Notes: generated by a model from the sequence alone, not told the origin. Shown: positions 1 through 26,393, counted from the whole stretch's first letter. The stretch: 63,390 bases of DNA, filler included, from Reclinomonas americana ATCC 50394 (GCA_048213135.1; 15 parts of 7 records of this genome joined end to end with filler, not necessarily neighbours in it), one strand, 5' to 3'. Numbers and translations are program-made.

Positions 1-187
1 AGGAGGAGGAGGAGGGTCTGATGATGGAGAAGAAGAAGAAAAGGATGCAGGAGCAGGTAGAAGTTGAAAACGTAAACGAAGATAACCGATGAAATAATTA
101 CGAATACGGAGACGAGACAGAGGGAGGAAAGGAGAAAGAGTGACAGATACAGAGCACACAAGACCGTGCAGCTTCCCATCGTCTCAC

Positions 188-1704
188 CTGTGGTGATAGT
201 GAACGCCTTGTCGAAGAACAGCGGCGGCGTTCCATTGTCAGTCGACCGAATCGTCACCGCCAGCGAGCTGCCCGCCTGCCCTGCCGCCACAATTACCAGC
301 GACTGCCCGCTGATCGAAAACACCGCGCTATTGGTGCCACCGACAATCGAGTACGTAAACGACTGGCCCGTGTTGGCATCCGTCGTCTGGAGTGCACACA
401 CGACTTGATTCGCCACCGACGGCGACACATACGTCGTCGACGAGCAGCTAATGTCGGTGGGAGCCACATTGGTGGTGGTGGTGAACGACACGGTGGCGCC
501 ATTGACGGTGCTGGGGGTGGAGGTTACACCGACAGCGCGATAGTAATACGTCCAGTTGCTCATCAATCCAGTAAGTGAAGCGGTGATGGACGTGGCCGCG
601 GAGCCAGTGGCAGTGGCGGGTGTGGCCGACGCCGATTGCGATGCCAGAGCGAGGCGACGGATGGTATGATTGGAGACATCGGCAACCAGCACCGATGCCG
701 TCGAGGCATCAAATGAAACATAATGCGGCAAATTGAAGCGTGCCACGGTCAGTGCGCTGCCATTGGCTGATCCGCTCATGCCCGCCACGCCGCCAATGGT
801 GCTCACTGACGAGTCTGACACTCGGAGTTGACGAACGGTGTTGTTGGTAGACTGAGCAAATCAAGCATACGAAGTGAGAATCAAGAAACAGAACCCTGAG
901 AGTGTGGTGTGAGGAGTTTGGGAGGTACTCAACATCGGCAACGTAGATGACGTTGTTGCCGGCGTCGTATGCCATGGCCACGGGCGTGTTGAAGCGGGCA
1001 GCCGTTCCTGGTGGGGGCATCTTTCAGCATGAATGAAAAGGACCACATGAGGTTGCCCATGATGATAGACTCACCGGTGGCATCCGTGGACCCAGATGCA
1101 CCGCTCGTTGACCCCGCCACCGTCGTCACCGTCATTGCCACCGTGTCAATGGCACGGATGGAGTTGTTATTGCGGTCGACTGCACTCACACACCAAGCAG
1201 AAGGCGCAGATGAGGACGGGAGGAAGGGCATCTCTATCTCGCTCCCAGCGCTCACCAACATACAGCGTGGATCCCACGAGCAGCACGCCATTGGGACCAC
1301 CGAATCGCGCCGTTCCCGCACACGCACCATCGGCGGTGCCACTCATGCCCGTAGAGCCACAAAAGGTCGTCACCGCACCGGCATAGGTCACTCGCCGAAT
1401 GATTTTGTTGTTCCAGTCGCCTACATACACCACTTGGTTCGTGGCATCCACCGCCACTCCCACAGGCCAATTGAAGGAGGCTGCTGCACCCGTGCCATTG
1501 GCACTCCCCGATGCTCCGTTTCCCGCCAACGTGGTGACCACGGCCGCTGCGGTGACCGCACGCACAGCGTGGTTTGTCATCTGTGTGATGAGAGAGACAA
1601 CATCACCACAGAGTCAGCAGAATGCAAAACTCATGCAAATCATCGCACTCACATCGGCGACATAGATGGTTCCCGTGGTTTGGTCGATTGTGAGGCCATG
1701 AACA
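188..1704 (-). CDS. Multi-exon NHL-repeat (beta-propeller) protein with a following FN3-like segment and a cadherin-like domain; partial, both ends unresolved
   Basis: Exons ~1653-1704, 1256-1580, 1075-1179, 934-1007 and 188-851 are flanked by CAG/GT sites. They splice into NHL repeats ([66 protein letters not shown]), then [16 protein letters not shown], then [11 protein letters not shown]...[17 protein letters not shown]...[22 protein letters not shown]. Confidence 0.85.
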
Positions 1705-1728
1705 CTGCGAGCGAGCTCGAGTGCGTGA

Positions 1729-3345
<1,617 letters not shown>

Positions 3346-3866
3346 GGCCGCCCACCTGATTGAGCACAGATAAGAAACGCGATATCCACAGTCGATCCAG
3401 TGAACTCCTCGATTTTTCAATACTCGAAACGAGGCTCATTTGACCGAGAAGGCACTCTCACATGCAGCATAGTGGTCACTGGTCCAGCCCTCGCCCAAAC
3501 CTGCGCTTATCCGGCTTATCCTTCCACTCGAACAAGAAAAACAGCGCCGAATCGCTCAGCAAAGTCTTTGATTTGCAGCTTAGATGATCGTCTAAACCGT
3601 GTTTGGAGTCTAAGAGAACGATAAATCAGTCACATAAGCACGGAGAACCGCGTAATACCATCAGGAGACTGTTTTGCACAGATGGCTATGGAAGAATAGT
3701 GGAAACACGCCACCCTTGGCACTTGGAGTGAGCAACTTCGGTGTCCCGCTTGTCCCGCCAATGCAAATGAATTCACGCACCGCCAGCCCCTTCCCATCCA
3801 TGCACGGCAGCACGCGTATGCTNNNNNNNNNNNNNNNNNNNNNNNNNNNNNNNNNNNNNNNNNNNN

Positions 3867-3878
3867 TTAATTAATTAA
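3867..3878. other. Artificial contig spacer TTAATTAATTAA between N runs (recurs throughout the window)
   Basis: Identical 12-mer with stops in all six frames, always flanked by ~44 Ns (also ~5622, 10080, 16687, 18246, 21997, 24299, 28289, 30362, 35218, 42632, 49026, 51195, 54921). Confidence 0.95.
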
Positions 3879-5684
3879 NNNNNNNNNNNNNNNNNNNNNN
3901 NNNNNNNNNNNNNNNNNNNNNNAACAACTGCGACTGTGCGGGTCTCCCAGTGCGTGATGGATAGCAGTACGGTGCCGAGCCCCTGTGACTCATCGCATCT
4001 CGAGTGGCTGCATCGGCATGTATCTGGACTTGTGCTCCCGCGCTGGTGATTATGTGGCGCGCATCCCCTCCTGCGAGTTCCAGCGGGAACGGTGCTCCGT
4101 GATGCTGTGGGGCCGGGCTGGATTTGCCTACTGCCTTGAGCTCCAGTACCAGCACGCTGCCTCCCAGCCCGACGTCGCCACTCGGCAACTGCTTACGTGC
4201 CACCCTTCCGCCCCTGTCCCTGCTCGACGATTATCTGGCGAATGGCAACCAATGGAGACAGACGTGCTGCGAACAGCTGTCTGGCTCGTTCCATTACGCG
4301 CGGTGACTGGAGCGTCGACTATCATCTGCTGGGAGGTCTCCGTGTGCCGACGGCACGACCCGAGCCGCCTCTCATGGTGATGCAAGTCCCCCACGACTAT
4401 ACCTTTGAGCGCGGCCACCCTCCCTCCCTCCCTTCACGCCCAGTAACAGTGCCACGGTGGGCCTGTCCGCCAACTGAGGTGGAGGGGGGAGCGCTTGCTG
4501 GGCGCATTAGTGGTGAGCACCCGAGCCGATGAGGCCCTACCAATGTGGTACGGTGCCCTTGGCCCGGAGCCACCACTGCCCCACTTGCCGACGCCCGGTG
4601 TGGGTGGGTACTGGATGAGCTACACCCTTCGTCCCTTACCCCACCTGCCCCGTTGGTTGTCATGGGCCGGTTTTCTCTCCGACCCCCTCCAGCGGCCACC
4701 AGTGGCCTGCATGGCCCCCTCCCTTCCTCTCATCATCACCTGCCGTGGAGGTCAGCTACCACTCGCCGGGTGGCTGACTCTCTCACGCGCCCACTTACGT
4801 CCCCCTCCCCACCATGCCCCCTCCACCCCCTCGTTTAACTCACTCCTTCCCCCCACACCTACACAACAATTGAACTCTCGACTCCTCCGTCCTCGACCAT
4901 CTCCCACATCACCCTTGGCTGATCTCTGGTTGACGCAATGCGTAATCGCTGGGTGTGATCCCCTGCATCCCTCTTAGTGGTATCTCGCTGGGTTTGTGCC
5001 GTGGTGCATGTACCAGCGGTAGCCCATGATGCGAGCGGAAGCCACGGGTGTCTGCTTGCGGTATCCCAGCGACCATGATCCATTTGTGTCAACCAGCGGT
5101 CCCTTCGGGTGATGCGTGGAGACTTGCTGCCGCCCGGCTCCTCGTTGGTTTGATCGGTCACCTACGAGAGAGCGCCGACGGGGAGGTAGCAAGAGAGGCG
5201 GATGGCTCGTCGCAACAACACCAAATTGACTATCCTCGATACGCCAGGCCCGTATGGGTATGCGTGATGAAGTCGCCAGGGGTGTTGTAACCACGCGGCC
5301 AGGCACCCCCCCCCTGCGGCCCTCTAAGGGGGGCGAGGGGGGGAATGCCAGCGGTTTTTTCCGCCGCCCCCTTTCGTGTTCCCCGTAGAGACTGCCCTGC
5401 CGACAATGGGTGGTCTGAGGGGCAGAAGAGTGTTTTTACCGGGTCCACAGCCTGATGGAGGCATCAGGGAACCCCGGACAAGGTCGGCCTCGTACAGCGG
5501 AATCTGCCACCCGAATAGGGCGCAGATACTTGGGCACCCGAACACGAATGCCCAAGTTTGCTCGGGCCTGTTGATCTNNNNNNNNNNNNNNNNNNNNNNN
5601 NNNNNNNNNNNNNNNNNNNNNTTAATTAATTAANNNNNNNNNNNNNNNNNNNNNNNNNNNNNNNNNNNNNNNNNNNNTTTATAG

Positions 5685-6413
5685 ATGGCATATAATCAGA
5701 TTTTTAATGACATTGTTGAATTGCAGAATAAAAAAAGTACACAACAAAAAGATGTTAGCACCTTAGATAAATTATTTGAGAAACCCAAAAAAGATAAAGG
5801 ATTAGAGGCAACGACATTTAGTCATCCAACAGCGGGATACTATCAACAGGCTGATTTATTATTTTTGCCAAATGATCAAGGTTATCAGTATTGTTTAGTT
5901 GTTGTTGATCAGGGAAATAGATATGTTGACGCGGAACCACTAAAAGGCAAAAAATAGTAGTGATATATTAAATGCATTCAAAGCGATTTATAAAAGAAAA
6001 ATATTGAGTGTTCCAAGAAATTTAAGGACAGATTCAGGAAGTGAATTTAAAAATGATGTTGTTAAAAAAGGACTGGAACAAATGGGAATTATATTGACAT
6101 TCGCAAAAACTGGCAGACATAGACAAGTCGCACTAGCAGAAAGAAAAAATCAAACTATTGGGACAGTAATTCATAAGATTATTGTTAATGACACTTTGGC
6201 GACTGGTCATTCATCATCTGCGTGGGTTAGTACATTGCCGTCCATTATTACTGTCATTAATATACATGTTGATAAAAAAGAAGATACAAAACCAAAGAAA
6301 AAAGATTTTTCTAATCCCAAATTAAAATTATTAGAAGTGGGGCAAAAAGTAAGGGTAATGTTAGATAATCCGAAAGATGTGACAGGAAATAAATTAAGTG
6401 GAAAGTTTAGATC
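5685..6413 (+). CDS. rve (retroviral-type DDE) integrase, Polinton/virophage-like; one apparent frameshift, 3' end lost in gap
   Basis: QQADLLFLP..GYQYCLVVVDQGNRYVDAEPLK, then RTDSGSEF...LAERKN with exactly 35 residues between D and E, then LEVGQKVRV...GKFR. Removing one A from the A6 run at 5949-5954 joins ORFs 5685-5957 and 6004+ (…GKNSSDILNAFKAIYKRKILSVP…). Confidence 0.88.
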
Positions 6414-6872
6414 NNNNNNNNNNNNNNNNNNNNNNNNNNNNNNNNNNNNNNNNNNNNNNNNNNNNNNNNNNNNNNNNNNNNNNNNNNNNNNNNNNNNNNN
6501 NNNNNNNNNNNNNNNNNNNNNNNNNNNNNNNNNNNNNNNNNNNNNNNNNNNNNNNNNNNNNNNNNNNNNNNNNNNNNNNNNNNNNNNNNNNNNNNNNNNN
6601 NNNNNNNNNNNNNNNNNNNNNNNNNNNNNNNNNNNNNNNNNNNNNNNNNNNNNNNNNNNNNNNNNNNNNNNNNNNNNNNNNNNNNNNNNNNNNNNNNNNN
6701 NNNNNNNNNNNNNNNNNNNNNNNNNNNNNNNNNNNNNNNNNNNNNNNNNNNNNNNNNNNNNNNNNNNNNNNNNNNNNNNNNNNNNNNNNNNNNNNNNNNN
6801 NNNNNNNNNNNNNNNNNNNNNNNNNNNNNNNNNNNNNNNNNNNNNNNNNNNNNNNNNNNNNNNNNNNNNNNN

Positions 6873-7502
6873 AATAGTGTTTTTCTTTTCGTGATATTTT
6901 CTTTTCTTATAATCACGTTGATACTTCTTATATTTATCTGTCTTTGTGTAACATTTTAATGCGTTTATTTTTGATGCCTTCTTTTCTTCATCGGATGCGT
7001 ATTTTGTCTTTCGTGGTATAACTTTAGTGGTTTCATCATTTGTGTGTTCAAATGTGTATTTTTCATTTGATTTTTTTGATATGCCACTTTTAACATTATT
7101 CTTACCGGTGCAACACATAATAACAAGACCGGCATTAATATCTAGTGCTTTTTGACACGCATATGCTGATGAATATATTTCTACTGTGTTATCACTCAAT
7201 TTCGTGGCTTTAATATTCTGTCTATTCTTATGATTGTTTTTAACAAATGAATAATCTTTAGTGTTTGTTTGTGACTTACCATTAATGTGTTCATTTATAA
7301 CTTTATCCCACGACTTGCCATTTAACTTATACTTATCCGAGGTGTGCATAATCTTGTTATGTTTATTTATCAATGTTTTAGTCGTTGGATTAATTCTATA
7401 CTTTTCATACATATCATTATCATAATCATTGCTGTCACTTCTGTAAAATTTTAAGTTTTCATATCCCGTCATATCTGTTTCATAAACTTTAGTTTCTGTC
7501 AT
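6873..7502 (-). CDS. NUMOD1/IENR1-like DNA-binding-motif protein (homing-endonuclease-associated); 3' end lost in gap
   Basis: IKATKLSDNTVEIYSSAYACQKALDINAGLVIMCCTGK resembles the NUMOD1 helix-turn-helix pattern; Lys/Tyr-rich basic tail. Confidence 0.55.
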
Positions 7503-7672
7503 TATTTATAAATGTATATATCACTATATCTTTATATGTTATATAGTGATATTTTTTCAAATTCTTTTTAAAGATCCAAGAATAGATTTTCGAACATGCA
7601 TTACTGACCAAACTTTTTAGTTTGAAATCAAACTTTTTTGTTTGCTGTGCTGTATCCAATATTGGAAATGAA

Positions 7673-8005
7673 TCATAGTTTATCATAAGCATTGTTAAGT
7701 ATACTCTTCAATCTGTCTTCATGATCGACAAACCAATACCTATAATATCCAGATTCCCGATTATGCCATTTCTTCAGAAACTCAAATAATTCATTTTTAA
7801 TGCATGCATCATGTAGCTTTTTACATATATATTTAGTTTGGTTATGCCAACAATGTTTAATAAGTCCTTGATATAAACCTAATAAACGCGATTCTTCGTC
7901 ATTTGTCTCACATCTTAGAAATCCATAATCATATGCGCATGCTAAAGAATAATCAAATGTATCCTTCATAACTATTTCTGCTAAATTATCTACTGATCTT
8001 CTCAT
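7673..8005 (-). CDS. Hypothetical 110-aa protein within the AT-rich element
   Basis: Clean ATG-to-stop ORF with globular composition (DYGFLRCETNDEESRLLGLYQGLIKH...GYYRYWF). Confidence 0.65.
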   Translation of the reverse strand: MRRSVDNLAEIVMKDTFDYSLACAYDYGFLRCETNDEESRLLGLYQGLIKHCWHNQTKYICKKLHDACIKNELFEFLKKWHNRESGYYRYWFVDHEDRLKSILNNAYDKL

Positions 8006-8723
8006 TTTATAATATTCTATATTGTTAATTCTTTAAATCTTATATTACTAAAATTTTTGTGGCTCTATTTTCTCGCCGTCGCAATCATTCTTTTTCCTCG
8101 CCATTCTACTATCTCATTTTTTTAGCCCTTAAAATCATCTTTCCACAACTTTGGAATTTGGAAATGGAAATCTTGCTTTTTTCACTCTTGCTCTATTTTA
8201 TATATATTTTACTATTTTCTTATACTTTATATATTTTCCAATTCCAAAATTCCAATATATATAATACCATATAAATAATATATTAATTAAAAAAATAAAT
8301 AAATATATAAATAAAAATATTTTAACTTTCTGTACATATATAGATTTCTTAAATGGAGAAAAAAAATAAGCAAAGCGTTTTTTCCCGAAACAATGATTTA
8401 ATTTTATGGCTAAGTTTTAGTTTTTAATTTTCGTAAGACGAAAATTTAAAAACATAACCACTAAAAAAAAACTTCGTAACTAAAATAAAATCATAAAATC
8501 GTTTGTTTTGTTTGGTAGAGGCTGGGGGGCACCATGATGTACAAGATGGCGCGTAAGAGTGAACCACCATGCGCTGACATGTGTACAATTGAGTGAGGTG
8601 TTGAGGTTGACATCCTACAAAACGAGCACCTGTGAGACGACAAAGTGTTGGATTTAGAGACATCGAACAAATGCAATGTGTGTTCGAGCGCTTGAAGTAA
8701 AACATTTGTATGTTTAGTAGAGG

Positions 8724-8890
8724 CAAATGTTTGACATTGCGTGACAAATGTTTGACATTGCGCGACAAATGTTTGACATTGCGTGACAAATGTTTGACAG
8801 TGCGTGACAAATGTTTGACAATGCGTGACAAATGTTTGACAGAGTGTGGCAAGAGGGCGACAAATGTTTGCAAAAGTGAGACAAATGTTC
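8724..8890. repeat. 21-bp tandem repeat ACAAATGTTTGACATTGCGTG (about 5 full plus 3 degenerate copies)
   Basis: Read directly; lies just right of the AT-rich island. Confidence 0.92.
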
Positions 8891-10304
8891 ATTAGTTCTC
8901 GTGCATTGCACGTAAAATCCGAGGCAGTGCATAAAAATCAGGGGTGGAAAATGAGGCAGTGCCTCGAAAATCTCGTGCACTGCCTGGGAATGTCCTGACA
9001 AATGCTTGTCTTTTTCGTGCAGTGCATGGCCACTACGACCTAAAACTAAGGTAGGTATCAAAGGATCTAACAAAGGTATCATTTCTCTTCCCACCTATGA
9101 TGATCCTCCCTTGCCACACACACAAACAGCCTCCGCAGATATTCTCCTCTTTGTTTCTCTCTCCAATGCATTCCCATGTGTACACCCTCAGCCGCAACCA
9201 ATCCGTTCCATCCCTCCTCTGTCGATTCTCTCTGTCACACGCATATATTTCCACAGACAGTCTTTTCCTCTCCCTTGTATCTATCCACACATACTTAATC
9301 AACGTATCATTTTCTTCCCCATCGGACGATTCTCTCTGTCACACATACACATTTCCACAGACATCCTTCTCCTCTTCCTTGCATCCATCCACATCATCTA
9401 CCACGACAACTCCTTTCCCTCCCCCCTCTGTATTTCTTCGCATGCCACACGCAATCTCCTCGAACTCACTTCTCTTTGGTTCTCTCTTCCTTGCATCTAT
9501 GCACACACTGTCAACCACAACCAATCCTTTCCCTCCCCCTCTGACGATCTTCTCTTGCCATCCAATCTCCACCGACACACTTCTCTCTGTTTCTCTCTCC
9601 TTCACATCTCCATCCACGCACTCACTGCCGCAACCAATCCGTCTCCTTTCCCTCCTTCTGCTTTCCATCCTTGGTACTCTCATTCTCTCAATCGTTTGCA
9701 TCCACATCTACACAATACCACAACCTATTCATCCCTTGACGGTCCTCTCTTGCGCCACAAACACTCCACGGACACACTTCTCTTTGTTACTCTCCCCAAC
9801 GCGTTCCCATCCACACACTTCCAAAGCTAATCTGTTCCCTTTCTCCCTTCTGTCTTTTCTCTCTTGCAAGGCACACAAATTCAACATACTTTCTTCAGTC
9901 TGTTTCTCTCTCCCTTGCTTTCTCATCAACACACTTCCACCCTCTGTCTCTTCCATGCAAAATGCCTTCAAGAACTTGCTTCTCCTTGCCTCACTTCCCT
10001 CCCTCTGTAACATTCGCCACGCCCCCCCTTTTTTCNNNNNNNNNNNNNNNNNNNNNNNNNNNNNNNNNNNNNNNNNNNNTTAATTAATTAANNNNNNNNN
10101 NNNNNNNNNNNNNNNNNNNNNNNNNNNNNNNNNNNTTACACCCCTTCCCTCTCTACCCCCCTTCCCTCTCTACCCCCATACCTTTTTACGCCCCTTCCCT
10201 CTTCACCCGCCTTCACTCTTTCCCCCTCCCCATTCACCCTCCTTCCCTCTTTCCCCCCTTCCCTCTTCACCTCCCTTCCCTCTCTACCCCCCTTCCCTCT
10301 TCAC

Positions 10305-10930
10305 CACGCAACAATTGTACCCGCCTGGTTGGCCACCACCGACGACGTCTGCACCAGCATACCCGAGGTAACACGAATGTCGCTGTTCGACACCGCCTTG
10401 TACGTCGCCCCTGGAGTGGTTGCCACACAGAATGTGGCATACACCGACTTGGAGCTCGTGAGCTGCACTTTGAACTGTCCACAGCCGCCAGCAACAGATC
10501 CATAGAAGCATGACGACGCATCAAACACGCCGTCTTGGAAGGCCATAAGCGCAAGGGCCGCTGACGAGAGAGAAAGAGAGAGACATGCAAAGAGGGTGAG
10601 CAAAGATCTCCTCCACCAACCGCCCGCGCAAAATCTTATCATTCTCAGCACTCACCCGAAGCCGGACCATTGCAGTCGGATCCAGCGTCGACAACCTTGA
10701 AACGAGTACAATTCGACAACGTGCGTGATGGCGAATGCAACACCAGCGTAGTTGGCACACCGAGAGGCAGAGACTTTGGAGAAATGAAGCCGACATCGGG
10801 GTCGGTGACGGTCGTGATGGTCAATGTCACACCGAGAGGCACATACGAGCCGTCGTGGAAGCTGCGCGCAGATATTTTGTCAGTCGAATAGTCGATATAT
10901 ATCGATGGTGGTGAAACGCCATTAGATCCG
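10305..10930 (-). CDS. Two internal exons of an uncharacterised, probably extracellular beta-rich protein
   Basis: Exon ~10656-10930 ends G|GTGAG and exon ~10305-10560 starts after CAG. They join in frame (...SDCNGPAS-A-ALALMAFQDG...), with GC-rich coding-like composition. Confidence 0.6.
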
Positions 10931-12079
10931 TCGCATTCTCTCTCATCCTTCCACTTTTCTCGTTGAACAAGAAAGAGAATGACAAAAAGTCCCACTCATT
11001 CGCGCATGCAGTCTCTCACTGTCAGTTGCCTACTGTTCCTCAGCCCTCTTGCCTCTCGCAACCGCCCTCTCATTCACATCCTCGCACATCTCTCGCACAT
11101 ACGTGGCTCACCTGCAGCCTCTCACTCATTTTCCCTATTGCCCCTCAGCCCTCTTGCCTCTCACAGCTACCCTCTCATTCACAGCCCACCACGTCCTTCG
11201 CACATACAGAAGATCTACTTCGTGGCTAACCTGCCTCTCCCGCTTTACTTCATCTCTCCTCCCGGCACCCACTGCTTTGTTCTTCCTGCACCACACCATT
11301 CACTCTCACGCCCTTCTCTATATAAAGCAAACCGTTCAATGACCACACTTCAAAAAGATAAGATATACAGCTGAGAATATTTACTGTGCAAATATTATGA
11401 GCATCTCTGGGAACAAATATTGAGTGAAGATGTACTTACCTCTGCGTTGCGGGGACGACATAATCTTTGAGATGTAATTGCGGAACACCGAATGTTCCGA
11501 TGCAATCTGCGATTCATGTGTATTAGTCATTTTGACTTCATTATGAAATAACAAACCACATTCGCAAAATACGCACAAAACCAACGTGCTGCATTCATAG
11601 TCACTGATATGAACAAGCCACATATGCACAACAAGTAGTCAGCCAACAAAACCCACGCACGTGAGTACATACACTCCCTCAACAAGCTCTCCTCTCTACT
11701 CTATCTCTATTCTCCAACATGTACATACACGCACAAGCTCTACCACTCTCTCACGCACACTCTTTCCCCTTCCAGGGCCATGGCCAGTTAACATTCTCAC
11801 ACATACATATACTCATTCATTTTGCAAACAACACAAGCAAAACAAAAACAAAACATACAACAACAACTACAACAACGACAATCACAACCAACACAAGACA
11901 AAATCCCTCACTCTACTCTCTTTCTCCCTCTATGTGTAACTCTATTCCCAAAAATACACACACAAATACTCTCTCTTTCTCTTTTCTACTCTTCCTCTCT
12001 CTCCCTAGCTCTCTCTCCCCTCTCCCTTCTCTCTCTCCTCTCTCTATCTCATACACATATAAACACACGCATACTCAAC

Positions 12080-24496
<12,417 letters not shown>

Positions 24497-24829
24497 CTGC
24501 ATGATCATGCATCCATCGCCATTGTCGCCATGCACACAAAACACACCCACACACGCCACGTGCACAGTCAGTTGACTGCCCGCACACACATATACACACT
24601 CCCAGTCTCTCGCTCATCTCTCTTTCTTCCTCGTTTTCTCCCTTCTTCTCGTATATCCCTCATTCACGCGCGCTCTATTTCCCCCTCTTACAATCCATTC
24701 TCACTTACACACACCGGTACCGGCTGCGAAGTCATACATCCGGGTCGTTGACGTCGTCACATTCAAAAAAACACCGCATACAAGTTATCAGCCAGAGACG
24801 GAAAAAACGGAATCGGCACGCTAACTCAC

Positions 24830-26339
24830 CCTTGCAGCAGCCTCTTGCTGGCGGCGTTGCTGTTCGGCTCGTGCCGCAGCATCCTCAAGAAAACGGGCTT
24901 CCACTGGCGCAAAACGAGCAAGCAGCTACAAGAACGAAAAATCTTAGTTCAACTTATTCACCGACTTCCCACTCTAAATCGGCACACCAGACTGAGTTGT
25001 TGCTCAAACCCCTGTTGTTGACGTCGCAGAAGAAGACTCTGCTCCTGTAGTTGTTGTTCCAGCGCCGACTGTCGCTCTTGCAACCTCTCCTTTTCGCGTG
25101 ACTCGGCGGCAAGTCGTCGATCAAATGTTTCTTGCATGTGTATCAAACTCTCCATGTGACGTTGATCCCTGTCGCGCGCTTCATCCTCCAGCCGCGACAC
25201 AGTCTCTGTCAACTCTAGCACCCGACCATGCAGCTGTAAATAGGCATGGTTAGCTGTGTGATAACACAAAGGATACACAATGCTGCAGTCCCGTACCGCT
25301 CGCAACGGTTGTTCCACGCGGAGTAAGTCGCACAACCGCTCGTGGTCCTGCACCTCACGGCGAGTACCACGCATCTTGCAACCAAGGTCTTCTGCTCGAC
25401 ATGCCGCCGGCGTCATCGCACATTGTTGCGCTGCATCATGCGAATGTGAGAAAATGCCTCCCACGCAAGAAATACGCAAGATCAGAGCCCGCACTCAAGT
25501 GCTGCCGCATGTTTGCAAGCGTACATCCAACACGGCATCGAGGGCATGGCAGCCGGCACACACTGCGACTATGCTGCTTCATCTGGCTCAACGGCAGCCG
25601 CGCACCACATCCATGTGGACATTCGCGAAGACATTCGCTCCAATTATGCTCAGCGATGCGGCCAAGTGTCATTGTCGCTCCACACACGCGGCAGCTGTAC
25701 AGACACACTGACAGAGCATGCGAAGCGTTGTAATCGCCAACGGTCTGCAGCAGGTGAGAAACAACAGAGGTTTCTCCGGGAATGGCGAAGTGTGGATTAC
25801 CATTCGCTGGTAACAAGTTGGACATGCTACCTGCGCAAAAAAAAAAGCAGTGATTACATAAATTGGACCAGCAAACGGGTGATAAGCATGATTCTAAATA
25901 TCATACCTCCAAATTCGCGTAAGTCAACTTTGAACGCCGAATGGGCTCCACCGCGTTGGCCGCTGACGTGACACCACATCCACACCAGTTGGCTCCCTGG
26001 GGAGCCTCGCTCAGGTGCTCTCTGAGTAGCACCGGTCAGCTTGTGTATCCTTCCAATGTACAACCACATCCTGCACTCACCGACACAAGTGATGAACCTC
26101 ATTGGAACAGATTACGAAGTCTGGTTGACAGATGTCCTGGAAGAATGCTTGTGAGTTCACACTGTTTCTCTCTCACATTCTCACTCTCTCACATACACAA
26201 ACGCATCCTCTTCTCCTGCGCATCCCAGCCACGCCATTGACTTGCTTCCCTCCATTCTTTCTGTCTTCCTCTTCCTTTTCGTCCGCTGCTCATTCCCTCT
26301 CGCACCCTCTCATAAAGCCCCCCTCCTCCTCGTCATCCG

Positions 26340-26393
<54 letters not shown>

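Larger units (their letters stand above)
5678..8520. mobile_element. AT-rich, intron-less endogenous Polinton/Maverick-like or virophage-like element fragment
   Basis: Abrupt drop in GC content, compact intron-free ORFs, an rve integrase and a NUMOD1-like ORF. The right part (6873 onward) is contiguous with host-like DNA to 10035. No capsid, pPolB or packaging ATPase is visible. Confidence 0.7.

Noticed and set aside
3350..3820. Possible upstream exons of the NHL gene
   Set aside because: Candidate splice sites exist, but no convincing in-frame model could be built across the gap at 1930-1949.
3867..3878. Recurrent TTAATTAATTAA palindrome
   Set aside because: Always embedded in Ns; an assembly spacer.
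3923..5290. ORFs in the GC-rich contig as retrotransposon proteins
   Set aside because: No RT, RNase H, gag or recombinase motif recognised in the translated frames.
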